A stretch of 63,471 bases of DNA, filler included, from Octopus bimaculoides (GCF_001194135.2; 5 parts of 4 records of this genome joined end to end with filler, not necessarily neighbours in it), one strand, 5' to 3'. Shown: positions 1 to 11,626, counted from the whole stretch's first letter. The notes: generated from the letters alone by a model not told the origin. Translations and numbers: made by a program.

Positions 1-91
1 ATATATAGGAATTCACAAAAAAAAACAACGGATGAAGACAGGTGGTGTAGAAAACAAACAGATGTATTAGTTTAACGCTCATGAATTGAAA

Positions 92-125
92 AAGTCTTTA
101 ACGTTTCGAGCCTATGCTCAGAACA
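92..125 (-). ncRNA. Degenerate hammerhead-like motif in the Penelope pseudo-LTR
   Basis: Minus strand reads CTGAGCATAGGCTCGAAACGTTAAAGA: stem II GAGC/GCTC, then GAAAC-GTT. The CUGANGA core is incomplete, apparently through a short deletion. Confidence 0.45.
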
Positions 126-420
126 CAGAAAGAAACAAGGAGAGAAAATAAAGAATGTGTAGTGGCTAGTGATCTATCATGGTGAATGCCGGACAGAGGG
201 GTCACATAGGAGAGCTAGGAAGAAGGGGAGATAATAAAGTAGTTGTGATCCCAGAATGAAGGTGTGTGTGTGTATAAGAGAGCATTATGTAACCTTGACA
301 TGTGTGTATGTGTGTGGATGTGGAGCTGGGAAGTGGTCAGTGCTAGTGTGTGCATAGTGGTGGTGTGGTGTGATGGTGTTAGAATGTGGGGAAAGCAAGG
401 GTGTGGTGTGGGTTTGACTG

Positions 421-450
421 AGGGTGGGGGATGGGGTGGGGGATGGGGTG
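421..450 (+). other. G-quadruplex-forming motif
   Basis: GGG-T-GGGGG-AT-GGGG-T-GGGGG-AT-GGGG: five G tracts with 1-2 nt loops. Confidence 0.6.
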
Positions 451-699
451 GATAGAGAAGGTAGAGTTGGATTGTGTAGGGGTGGGGTTACGAGGGAGGG
501 GTGACAATGAAGGGAGAAGGGGAAGGGAGTAAGTGGGTAGGAGTGAAGAGAAGAAGTAGGAGTCAGAGCAAGAGAGGAGTGGTGAGTTGGAGGAAGTAGG
601 AGTGAGAGGGAGAGAGGAGAGGGGAGGAGTGTTGAGCCCATGTGGCGCAAAGCAGCAAGGAGAGAACATTAATCACTGTTAACAGTGCAAACAAGAGTC

Positions 700-950
700 C
701 AGATGGCTCATGTGCAAGGACAATCCGAACACGGACAGGTGTTGCAAAGAGTGACCGGTAGAGCAAAAATGGTGTGAGACCGGTGTGTCATTGCCAAATT
801 GGATGTCTCGGGGGTGTTCCACGAACCGGTCAGCCAAGTGACACCCCATTTGCCCGATGTTTAGAGAAGGGCACAGAGAGAGCAGGAGATGCAGTAGATG
901 ACATTGGCAGAAGTGCAGGTGAAGGAGTTGGTGATACGATAGGGTCGATG
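700..950 (-). pseudogene. Penelope GIY-YIG endonuclease domain, frameshifted
   Basis: NVIYCISCSLC and IGQMGCHLADRFVEHPRDI...PVSHHF are split across ORFs 861-1067 and 679-1005. Confidence 0.85.
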
Positions 951-1140
951 ATGGATACCGGTGAGGAAGGTGGTGTTGGAGAGGTAAGGGTAAATGCGGC
1001 AGCATGGGCAGGAGCAGAGGAACGAGCCGGGTTGGGAGGTTGGGTTAGAGAAGAAGCTGTGGACCAAGAGGTTTTGTAGGTTGTGGGCTCGTTTAAAGGA
1101 GGGGAGGGGTTAGTTAGGAAAGATGTGTGAAGTGGAGGGA

Positions 1141-1960
1141 TCAGACTGGAAAGCTCGGAGAATGGTGTATTGGAGACGTAGGGTTGTGGGGTGGTAGGTG
1201 AGGGGAAAAGGGAGACAGGAGATGGTGAGGTGGGTGCAGGGGGAGCACGGTCCACAGAATGTGATCTGGCAAGGGCGGTGTGGATAGTGGTGAGGGATAT
1301 CCACATAGGATGAAGTGGTAAGCCATGAATTGAGACTGAGTCTCAAAGTCATGGTCATCACTATAGAGCCTGTGTAGATGGAGGAATTGGAAATAGAGGA
1401 TGGAAAGCTTGGTGTGTTTAGAGTGGGAGGAGGAGAAGTTGAGGCATGAGTGTGAGTCTGTGTGTTTGCAGTGGATGGAGGTGGTGAGAGTGGAGTGATA
1501 AATGCTGACCGAAATGTCAAGAAAGGAGACAGAGGTGTCAGAGATAGTGCAGGAGAAGTGGTGAGCAGGATGGAAAGATTTGACAAAAGATTTGACGAAG
1601 GAGTCTAGATGTTCGTGGGAGAGTGAGGTCGCATCGATACAGTCATCAATATAATGGCCGTATAGTTCAGGAGTGGGACCAGGGAAACTCAAGAATATTT
1701 GGGCCTCAACATAGCCAACGAACTGGTTCACATAGTTGGGGCCCATTCTCATTCCCATGGCCACTCCCGAGGGTTGCTGGTAAAAATCACCAGTGAATTA
1801 GAAGCAGTTGAGCGAGAGGACAAGTTTAGCCAGACAAACAAGGGTGGATGTGTAGGGTTGGGGTTTGGGTCGAAGGTCAAGGAAATGTTGGAGTGCATGC
1901 AGCCCCTCGTAGTGAGGGATCACCAAGTAAAGGCTCTGGATGGATGTCGAGAGTGAAGTG
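1141..1960 (-). pseudogene. Penelope reverse transcriptase domain, disrupted
   Basis: ORFs 1798-2025 and 1141-1764 carry the QSLYxVIPH, AMGxRMGPxY and YIDD motifs. Confidence 0.88.
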
Positions 1961-1972
1961 AAGTTTAGAGGG

Positions 1973-2028
<56 letters not shown>

Positions 2029-3200
2029 TATAAATGTCTTTAAGTCTGTGTTTCAGTGTTGGTGTGTTTATGTCACTGGCAAAAGAGGCCAATAGAATAA
2101 ATATTAGAGTAAGACTGTTGAATAGCAACCCANNNNNNNNNNNNNNNNNNNNNNNNNNNNNNNNNNNNNNNNNNNNNNNNNNNNNNNNNNNNNNNNNNNN
2201 NNNNNNNNNNNNNNNNNNNNNNNNNNNNNNNNNNNNNNNNNNNNNNNNNNNNNNNNNNNNNNNNNNNNNNNNNNNNNNNNNNNNNNNNNNNNNNNNNNNN
2301 NNNNNNNNNNNNNNNNNNNNNNNNNNNNNNNNNNNNNNNNNNNNNNNNNNNNNNNNNNNNNNNNNNNNNNNNNNNNNNNNNNNNNNNNNNNNNNNNNNNN
2401 NNNNNNNNNNNNNNNNNNNNNNNNNNNNNNNNNNNNNNNNNNNNNNNNNNNNNNNNNNNNNNNNNNNNNNNNNNNNNNNNNNNCTCAAACATTTTAAGTA
2501 CCACATTTAATCTTTTGATTAAATCTATATTATATATATATATATAAAAGATAAACAAGAGTGAAAAAACTACAGAAGGCTTGTGTTACATGGTTAAAGT
2601 ATATATTTAAATCATTATGTCAGAAAAATGTTATAACATTTTGAGTATAGAAACATTGTATTTGGAGAAATAACCGGTTTCGAGTTTTTTTTTTTCAAAT
2701 TTCTCTACCTGTATCGTAACATGTCTTCGCTCCAGTGTATAAAATGGAGTTCTAAATAGGGGAAGGTAATCAGGGATTTTTTTCCGGTATAAGGGAGATA
2801 ATCGAAATGTTGGCAATGATAGATTTTGATTAATTTGACATGATTTGGTTTAGAAGGAATAGAATGTTACGTTTTGTTCTATATTTTTTTCTCTCAGTTC
2901 GGTAAATTTCTATGTCAAGATGGATTTTTATGTATTCTTCTTCCCACTTGGATTTTAAATGTTGCCACAATTATAATATGTCTATTCTACTGTAATTTTC
3001 TACATTTTTGTGCAGCTGAAGATTGCTCTACATATTGCATTTAATGTAATGCTCGCATTACTTAAATAAATGGAGTAGCATGAAACGTGCGTACTGCAGT
3101 CATCTTTAAAATCCGTGTTGCATATTTTGATTTTTTGATCACCTTACCATATTCAATTTTGAATCTAAATCTAAATCTATATATATATATATATATAAAT

Positions 3201-3639
3201 CATCATATTTCCAAAGGTCTTGGTCAGAAGTCATTGCCTCGGTGAGGCCTAATGTTTGGAGGTCGTGCTTCACCACCTCATCCCAGGTCTTCCAGGGCCT
3301 ACCTCTTCCACAGGTACCCTCACACAGTTATCCTCATCCATTCTCGCCACGTGTCCATACCAGCGCAATCGTCTCTCTTGCACACCACAACTGATGCTTC
3401 TTAGGTCCAACATTTCTCTCAAGGTACTTACACTCTGTCCAGTATGCACACTGACATTACACATCCATCGGAGCATACTGGCTTCATTCCTTTTGAGCTT
3501 ATGCATGTCCTCAGCAGTCACGGCCCATGTTTCACTGCCATGTAACATGGCTGTTCGTACACATGCGTCATACAGTCTGCCTTTTACTCTGAGTGAGAGG
3601 CCCTTTGTCACCAGCAGAGGTAAGAGCTCTCTGAACTTT
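3201..3639 (-). mobile_element. RTE-clade LINE, 3' part of ORF2
   Basis: KFRELLPLL...LYDACVRTAMLHGSETWA...QERRLRWYGHVARM is a typical RTE C-terminal region. It is cut by an N gap. Confidence 0.9.
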
Positions 3640-4801
3640 NNNNNNNNNNNNNNNNNNNNNNNNNNNNNNNNNNNNNNNNNNNNNNNNNNNNNNNNNNNNN
3701 NNNNNNNNNNNNNNNNNNNNNNNNNNNNNNNNNNNNNNNNNNNNNNNNNNNNNNNNNNNNNNNNNNNNNNNNNNNNNNNNNNNNNNNNNNNNNNNNNNNN
3801 NNNNNNNNNNNNNNNNNNNNNNNNNNNNNNNNNNNNNNNNNNNNNNNNNNNNNNNNNNNNNNNNNNTATATATATGTATGTATATGTATATATATGTATG
3901 TATATGTATGTATATGCAGTATTTTTATATCTTTTTACATCCATGGAGATTTTTTCATAATATTGAAATTTTTTTTATGTAATTACATATTTTAAATTAT
4001 ATCTGTTACAGAACCAATCATTTCATTTTTTTTTTTTTTTTGCCTTTGATCCCTAGTTTTCAGTCAATTGAAAATGTGTACCCCTTTCTCGCATGAAATC
4101 TGAATGTAATTTGGGTTTATTGTTTGAATGGTTCTATCATGACAACCTTAAAATTTGCTAGGATGAAATATTATGAAGCTTCTATTTTATAGAAAAGTAA
4201 TCTATTTTTTAAGGGCTTAAATTGGTTTATATATCCTTCTTATCTTACTTGGTCCTTATATCCCCTTCTAAATTTTAAAATTTTGCTTTTTATTATACAA
4301 AATATAATGATATATAAATTTTGCTAAACTTTGGTTAATTTGTTTTTCTTCCCCTGTGTCCTTAATGCCCATTTAGATATCTTTCTGAGGTCCTTTGTTT
4401 TCTATTCTAGGCCCCTTTTAATTGATAATAATAAAATAGTTTATGTCACTCCTACCCTCCTCTTTCTGAGCATTTACCACTATCTTACTGACTTCTTCTA
4501 AGATTTGTTTCTTTATGTGGTCATAGGGAATTTATAGCACTAGTAAATTAGGGGTTTGGTAGAGTATGACATGAATTAATTTATTATCAGCAACTAGATC
4601 TTGACTGTCAATTCCCAGTGGTTTTATTCTTAGTGGGCATAGTATACTAGTTGCATGAGATCTTTTGATGGTGATAAAGAGATAGATAAATATTGTCTGA
4701 CCCCCATTGTTATTCTCTTCTGCCACTCCAAATTATAGTTGGGGTATTTTCTCCCCAAGTTCATTCTGCTACAATAACACAATTTTTGGTACCAAGAAAC
4801 A

Positions 4802-5125
4802 AAACACGGTGATCAGGACAAACCATGGGCCCTTCACATTGTTTGCAAAACATGTTTGGAACACATGAGACAGTGGACTTCAGGTACCCAAACATCGTTG
4901 AGATTCACTATTCCTATGATCTGGCATGAGCCAAAGAACACTCTGACAATTGTTACTTCTGCCAGGTTAGTGTTGCAGAACTGAGCCAAAAGAAACGCAG
5001 ATCTATTGACTATCCCAGTCTTCATTCCACTATTTGGCCAGTGCCGCATTCAGATTATTTACCAATCCTAGTTTTTCACGAAACTTTGTTGAAACTTGAA
5101 AGTGACGAGTCTGATACTGATTTAA
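4802..5125 (+). pseudogene. DNA transposase N-terminal fragment, probably CMC/Chapaev-3-like
   Basis: GDQDKPWALHIVCKTC...FTIPMIWHEPKN/SDNCYFC...YPSLHSTIWPVPHS with one frameshift. Superfamily assignment is from memory of this motif set. Confidence 0.65.
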
Positions 5126-5142
5126 ATGAGAGACACAGCAGA

Positions 5143-5269
5143 AACGATCCTGATCTTGTTTGTTGTTAACACAATGTTTTGGCTGATATACCCTCCAGCC
5201 TTCATCAGGTGTCTTGGGGGAAATTTTGAACCTGGATTCTCATTACTAAGGTATTTTTTGATGTTTTTG

Positions 5270-5312
<43 letters not shown>

Positions 5313-5322
5313 CATTCAGGTC
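5143..5322 (-). mobile_element. Inverted, 5'-truncated copy of the hammerhead element; ribozyme core mutated
   Basis: Reverse complement reads ...GACACCTGATGAAGGCTGGAGGGTATATCAGCCAAAACATTGTGTT (5168-5213), with GAAACG changed to AAAACA. Confidence 0.85.
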
Positions 5323-5560
5323 ATGGACATATGGTGTAGTGGTTAAGAGTGCACGCTACTAACCTCAAGATTCCGAGATCAATTCCAGGCAGTGACCTGA
5401 ATAATAATAAAAATAATAATAACATTGAAAATTACCTTAGGAACGGGAACACAGGTTCAAAATTTCCCCAAGACACCTGATGAAGGCTGGAGGGTATATC
5501 AGCCGAAACGTTGTGTTAACAACAAACAAGATGAGGACAAATATCCGTCAAATGTAAATA
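5323..5560 (+). mobile_element. tRNA-headed short element with (AAT)n linker and 3' hammerhead ribozyme
   Basis: A-box-like TGGTGTAGTGG, B-box-like GAGATCAATTCC, an AAT run at ~5400-5422, then the hammerhead at 5472-5517. The same head occurs at 59141-59217, 59215-59250 and 60057-60116. Confidence 0.75.
5472..5517 (+). ncRNA. Minimal type I hammerhead ribozyme (helix-III-less, palindromic ACGU, predicted to work as a dimer)
   Basis: Stem I GACAC(5472-76)/GTGTT(5513-17); core CTGATGA(5477-83); A; stem II GGCTG(5485-89)/CAGCC(5500-04); GAAAC(5505-09); GTT triplet (5510-12). Confidence 0.85.
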
Positions 5561-6878
5561 TTATAAATAATCTATCTTCGCTTCTTATTTTGATATTATT
5601 CACCTTACTTTGAGCTGTGCAGATAATACTGGACTGACTTGGTGCCTCAACCTAAGAACCTAATTCAACTGAATCTTAATTATTTCTTATATATACATAT
5701 ATATCAGTTTCTTTTGCTGAACTGCTAAGTTACGTGGACGTAAACACACCAACATCAGTTGTCAAGTAATGGTAGGAGTACAAACACAGACAGACAAATA
5801 CAAGCATANNNNNNNNNNNNNNNNNNNNNNNNNNNNNNNNNNNNNNNNNNNNTTAATTAATTAANNNNNNNNNNNNNNNNNNNNNNNNNNNNNNNNNNNN
5901 NNNNNNNNACATATATATACATATATATATATATATACACACACACATTTACATATATATACACACATAAATACATACACATATATACACACATATATAC
6001 ACACAGACATACACACACACATATACATACATACACATACATATATATATATATAAACACATATATACACACACATATACATATATACACACACATTTAT
6101 ATATATATACACATATATACACACACACATATATATACACACACACACACATATATATATATACACATACACATATATATGCACACATATATACACACAT
6201 ATATATATATATATATATACGCACACAAACATATACATATAAAAGTTTTGGTAAGTGCCACGCACGAACCTTTTGGTCCTTGAGTCACTTTGTAACTTCT
6301 GCTGATTAAAAATTAGTATTATATATGTGTATTAGTTTAGATTAATACCTTAAGACTGAAGCTTTTCTAGTATGAGAAAAATCAATTGGATCTCTGGTCG
6401 ATTTAAATCGAACCCCACCAACTGTCAAAACACATTTCCAGTTTTTCAGAAGATGTTCCATGGAAATGGTTCTGCCGACTTCAGAACGTTACCATTTCAA
6501 CCTTCAGAGAACCCCGACACAATTATTTGCAATAAAATAAAATAAATGTCTTCGTTGATCTTATGTTATTTGAGCAATCGTAAGATATATCTTAATAACA
6601 ACGATATATAGAGAAAATATTAGAAATAAAACTGACCAAGGAAATAATTTATCACCCAGAAAATTACTAAAATGTAGTGGTGTGGTGGCTTCTATCCTAT
6701 GGAACACTGACCCGACACATTCTCCAACCAGCAGTACCTATGTCTCTTCAAGTTTCAACCTTGGTTTCTAATTTTCCCTTTCATTTGTTTCCCTCGAAAT
6801 ACGTACAGGTACGCAACATATTCCGTCTTTTACGACTTATGGTACTATAACACACACACAAACATATTTATATATGCG

Positions 6879-6925
6879 GCTACTGCTTCGTTATGTCACA
6901 CTCTGTGTGTGTGTATGTGTGTGTG

Positions 6926-6988
<63 letters not shown>

Positions 6989-7024
6989 ACACACACACAC
7001 AGTGTGACATAACGAAGCAGTAGC
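6879..7024. repeat. Fold-back palindrome
   Basis: Perfect 24-bp arms (GCTACTGCTTCGTTATGTCACACT at 6879-6902 and its reverse complement at 7001-7024) around a (TG)n(TA)n(CA)n core. Confidence 0.9.
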
Positions 7025-8269
7025 ACCAGATTTTCGTGTTTCTCTCTGATCAACATTATTGGTTCTGAATGTACACACACAGAGACACAGACACACACAC
7101 ACATATGCGTGTGTATAAAACATCAAACTAAATTATATTCCTGAATATATAATAAATACCAAATATTCGAACACAGAAATGCAAAAAATGAAAAGCTATC
7201 GATGAAACTTGAATTGAATTGATCACGCCAGGAAGTCCTTTTAATCAGCCTTCACTCTGCGACAAGGTAGACGCAATACATCTATCAATCATAAAAGCCA
7301 TTCTGATCGTCACAATCGGACATTGGATATTAATTTAATAGATTAAAACTGAGTTTTACATTAACAGGCAAATATTTAGAGCTCAGTCAACAATGCGACA
7401 GGTTGGTAATTATAAGAGACAAGTGCCACAGAGAAGACGAAAGGGTACACCTCTTCACAAGAAGCCCCGGTAGGTCACTCTGGACCACCGACCTAAACCG
7501 GCAACAACAATGGAAAATAGAAGGAAAAAAAGCACTACATATAGAGATAATTATCGAGATGTTCGTTAATTAATTATTAAATAATCTGTAATTAAGAAAA
7601 AAATGATGTTAATCGCTACACACACCACAGAGAGAGAGATATATATAATGATCTTCTTCAACAGCTAGCCTTTCTATATAAACCAAATAACAGTATTTTT
7701 TTTTTATATTTGGCAAATTCTATGGTCAAGTTAAACATAAGAAACATTTCTACTTTTTTTTCTCCGTATAAATATTCCACTTCAAACCATTTTTGTTTTT
7801 CTCTTAAGCCAAATATTCTCGGCAGTTTTTTTTTTCCTTCAATACTTAATGGTTTTTAAAAGGGGGATCGATTTTAAAGGATTTTCAATCATATATTGAT
7901 CCCCCATTTAATAATTATTACTGAATTAAATTAAGCAGGCAAGAATCATTTGAGGAAGTAGGAAAAAAATAATAAATAATAATAAATAAATAGCATACAT
8001 AAGGAAATGGAAGAGTTTGATCAGTGATGGCATGAATTGGCAAAATGAAGTGGGTAGGTAGATAAATATGTAAATAAATATGAAATAAACCCTGCTTTGG
8101 AATGGTTTAAAATAATAATTGCTGTGTATTGGTAACATAAGTAAATGTGTGTATTAAAACGATCATCTACAAAGCAATTGCAACATTCTTCATTTGGAAA
8201 TCCGATCTAAAAAGGGAAAACGTTACGATGAAAGATGGGAGAAAGAATAATTAGTGGAGGAGCATCAGT

Positions 8270-8716
8270 GTGTGTGTGTGTGTGTGAGGGATTAGAGCAT
8301 ACGTGAGTGTGTGTGTGTGCGTGGATTAACAATAATTAATAATAGTTAACAGAACGCGTGTGTGTGCAAGGGATTAATAATTAATAAAAGCATGTATGAG
8401 GGTTTAATAATTAATAGAACGTGGGTGCATGAGAGGGATTGATAATTATAATTAATTGAGCATATGTGTGCGGATGGATTAATACAATAATTCTAATTAT
8501 GGTATACAAGGGCAGCAGTTTTGAAGGGAGGGACCAGTCGATTACGTCGACCCTAGTACATGGCTGGTACTTTATTTTATCGACTCCTAAAGAATGAAAG
8601 ACAAAGTTGGCCGCTTCGGTGGAATTTGAACTTGGAATTTAATAAAGAAGGATTAATAATAATTAATAGAACATGTGTAGGGGAGGATCAATAATAATAA
8701 GGCATGTGTGAAAGGG

Positions 8717-8747
<31 letters not shown>

Positions 8748-8920
8748 GCAGCAACAAAAGATGCATGGGTAAAGGAATTAATGATAGAACGTGTTTGAGA
8801 GGGATTAATACATGTGGGGAGGGTGATAATAATAATAATAGAAGAGTATTGGGGAAGAGTACATGTATATGGACGATTAATAATAATAATTAATAATACA
8901 AGTATGCGAGGGTTTAGTAA
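8270..8920 (+). repeat. Degenerate ~35-45 bp minisatellite, interrupted by a SINE at ~8505-8640
   Basis: Recurrent unit GAGGGATTAATAAT(T)AATAGAAC(G/A)TGTGTG. Confidence 0.7.
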
Positions 8921-9348
8921 TATTTAATACTCTTTGTGTGTGTGTGTGTGAGGGATTTTAGAATGACAGAAACAGGAAGGGGAGTGTTTCGTGTGACAGA
9001 GAGAGCAAAATAATGTGTTGAGAGGAACAACATAGGGAAAGAAGAAGAAAAAATTAGTGAAAATGAAAGATGAATCAAAGAGAGAGACGGAATAAGATTG
9101 AGAAGAAAAAAGTGAGAGAAATGAGAGATTTAGAAAGAGAAACATTGACGATTTTCGGCTCATTTTTCATCTGCTCAAGATTTGACATCAAACAAAAAGT
9201 AATCGAGGGTTTGAAAAGGAGATGAAAGATAAAAATTAACGAAAGGGGATGGATATTGATATAATTATTGTCATTTTCAGGCTGAGACATTTACCACTGA
9301 CATTACTACAAACACCAACTTCTTTTTTTACCAACGAGCTATATAATG

Positions 9349-9383
<35 letters not shown>

Positions 9384-10239
9384 TAGTAATAATAATACAA
9401 CTTCTTTTTCACAATATCAATAAAAATATTTTAATAGCAAGGTGAGAAAATGTGACAGGAAAGTCAAAAAGATTGGTATCTAGAAGGAAAACAAGATATT
9501 GAAGGGTTGAAAACCATCTCATTGATAATTTGGGATGGAAATAAAGGGGGTGTAGGGGTTTAATAATGGATTTTGGTTATAATCATTTAAAAAGGGGGAT
9601 CAAGGCACAGAGACTTCGATGGGATTTCATTTGTTTTTTGTTTTTTCTCTGATTTTGTTTTCGATTGCATTAACAAACATAAAAGGAAGTGAAATGGTTA
9701 CAACTGGGAATCGAAACTAGAGCTTTGGAATGGAATGTGTCGTTAGCTCTAGATACAGATTAATATGTAAATGCAGATTATATATATATATATAATGAAC
9801 TTTACAAACCTTTCAGCCATTCTTTATTATGCGTGTGTTTGAGTTAATAATTTATCCAGTGTCAAATGTTCTTGTAACTGTTAAATTCTATCCAGGGTCC
9901 ACTCGGTTCGAAGAGGTTTGACAGAGGCAGAGAGGAGAGACAAGTGCTCTTCTTGGACAGTATCCAGCCAATTCCTGGTCTTCTTTTCTCTCTCTCCCTC
10001 TTTTTCACACAAGCTATTCTGTTTGTTAAATGTTGTTGATTCCCTTTCTTTCTTATACCCATATATATATACAAATATATATATACCCGTGTATAAATAC
10101 ACATATATATGTATGTATGTATTTATGTATGTGTGCGTGTGTATGTGTGCGTGTGTGTGTGTGTGTGGTTATCACAAACGAATGACGATATTAAAGGGTC
10201 AGGGTATATATATCATATAAGGGGAGGGGTATGTATTAA

Positions 10240-11218
10240 AAAGGGGACGACGAAGACGACATCTCGACGCCCGATAACCGTCACATCTCGCCGATGGAGA
10301 GACGATGTTGGAAAGAAGAGAAGAAGTAAGCGATGAAGATGTAGACAACAGTTCGACACCGACTTCGCCAATCCGCCATGTTCCTTACTCCACCATGACT
10401 ACTACTACTACTACTACCATGACTACTATTACTACTACTAGTGTTGTTATAGAAGGTGGTGGAGGAGGAGGAGGAGGCAGGGCAGCAGACTTGAACTACA
10501 GTCGTTCTGGCACGGCGACTGCTGCTGCTCGCAAGTCGTGGTAGCAGTTGTCTTGTTAATGCTGCTGCTGATGATGCTGCTATTTCTATCTCTCTCTCTC
10601 TCTCTCTTTCTCTTTCACTCACACACACTCTCTCTCTCTCTCTGCTGGTATTGCTGCTGCTGCTGCTACATCTCGTTAGTCGTAGTCGCAGTCATCTTCT
10701 TGTTGCTGCTGCTGCTGCTATCTCTGTCTCTTGCCAGTCGTCATCGTCACAGTCGTCTTCTTACTGCTGCTGCTGTTACTGCTATCTCTGTGTCTCGCTA
10801 ATCGTCATCGTCGCAGTGGTGTTCTTGTTGCTCTTGCTCCTATCTATCTATCTCTCTCTCTCTTTCAATCACTCTCTCTATCCTGCTGCTCGCACTCTCG
10901 CTGCTGCTGCTGCTTAACTTTGTTTCCCTCTTGCTGCTGCTGCTGCTATCTCCCTTTATCTCACTTTCTCAATTTCTCCTTCCCTTTCTTTCTTCATCAT
11001 CTCTCCTTTTCTGTTGTTCTTTATCTCTTTTCCCCTCTCTTCCTCTTGCGACTCTCTCTTCTTCTCTCTCTCTTTCTCTTCCTGGTCGTCGTCGTCGTCT
11101 TTATGTTGCTGTTGTACTTAATGGGGAAGGTATCGGGAGCAAATCCTAGCAAGACACCTTTCCTAACCAAACTCCCTCTTCACTTGCTTCCTCATTGCTG
11201 CTGCTGATTGATATTGTT

Positions 11219-11249
<31 letters not shown>

Positions 11250-11350
11250 ACAACAACAACATAGACATCATCATGTCTATGATGATGCTGGTGATGATAA
11301 CTATTGCTGCTGCGACTATTTCTAGTTCGCTTGCTGCTACTATCGATGCT
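10240..11350. promoter_or_regulatory. CpG-enriched, simple-repeat-rich block; possible gene 5' end
   Basis: Visibly more CG dinucleotides than the flanks, mixed with (CTG), (CT), (ACT) and (CAT) runs. There is no transposon signature and no convincing ORF. Confidence 0.3.
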
Positions 11351-11471
11351 TATATTTCAATTCGCTACCTTAACTAATGTCTATATTTTTCTTATACACA
11401 CGGAATAAATCCATACGTATGTATCAAAAATAACACACATACATACAAGCGCGCGCACTTATTTACATACA

Positions 11472-11509
<38 letters not shown>

Positions 11510-11577
11510 CATCATGTCAGGGTGTCCCTTGAGGTCTTAATAATATGACTTGATCTTACGTTTTCAATGGTTCTTTT

Positions 11578-11626
<49 letters not shown>

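Larger units (their letters stand above)
1..1975 (-). mobile_element. Penelope-like retroelement (PLE), 5'-truncated and decayed, including its 3' pseudo-LTR end
   Basis: Minus-strand frames give PLE RT motifs (SIQSLYLVIPHYEGLHALQHFL; GVAMGMRMGPNY; YIDD; FLDISVSI) and a GIY-YIG endonuclease (FTCTSANVIYCISC...IGQMGCHLADRFVEH). Stops and frameshifts are present. Confidence 0.9.

Noticed and set aside
5853-5864. TTAATTAATTAA recurring at 5853, 34119, 52460 and 59407
   Set aside because: Where counted (5853 and 34119) it is flanked by 44 N on each side, giving a 100-bp block, and the other two sit in the same N-linker-N arrangement. It is an artificial six-frame-stop gap linker from assembly, not biology.
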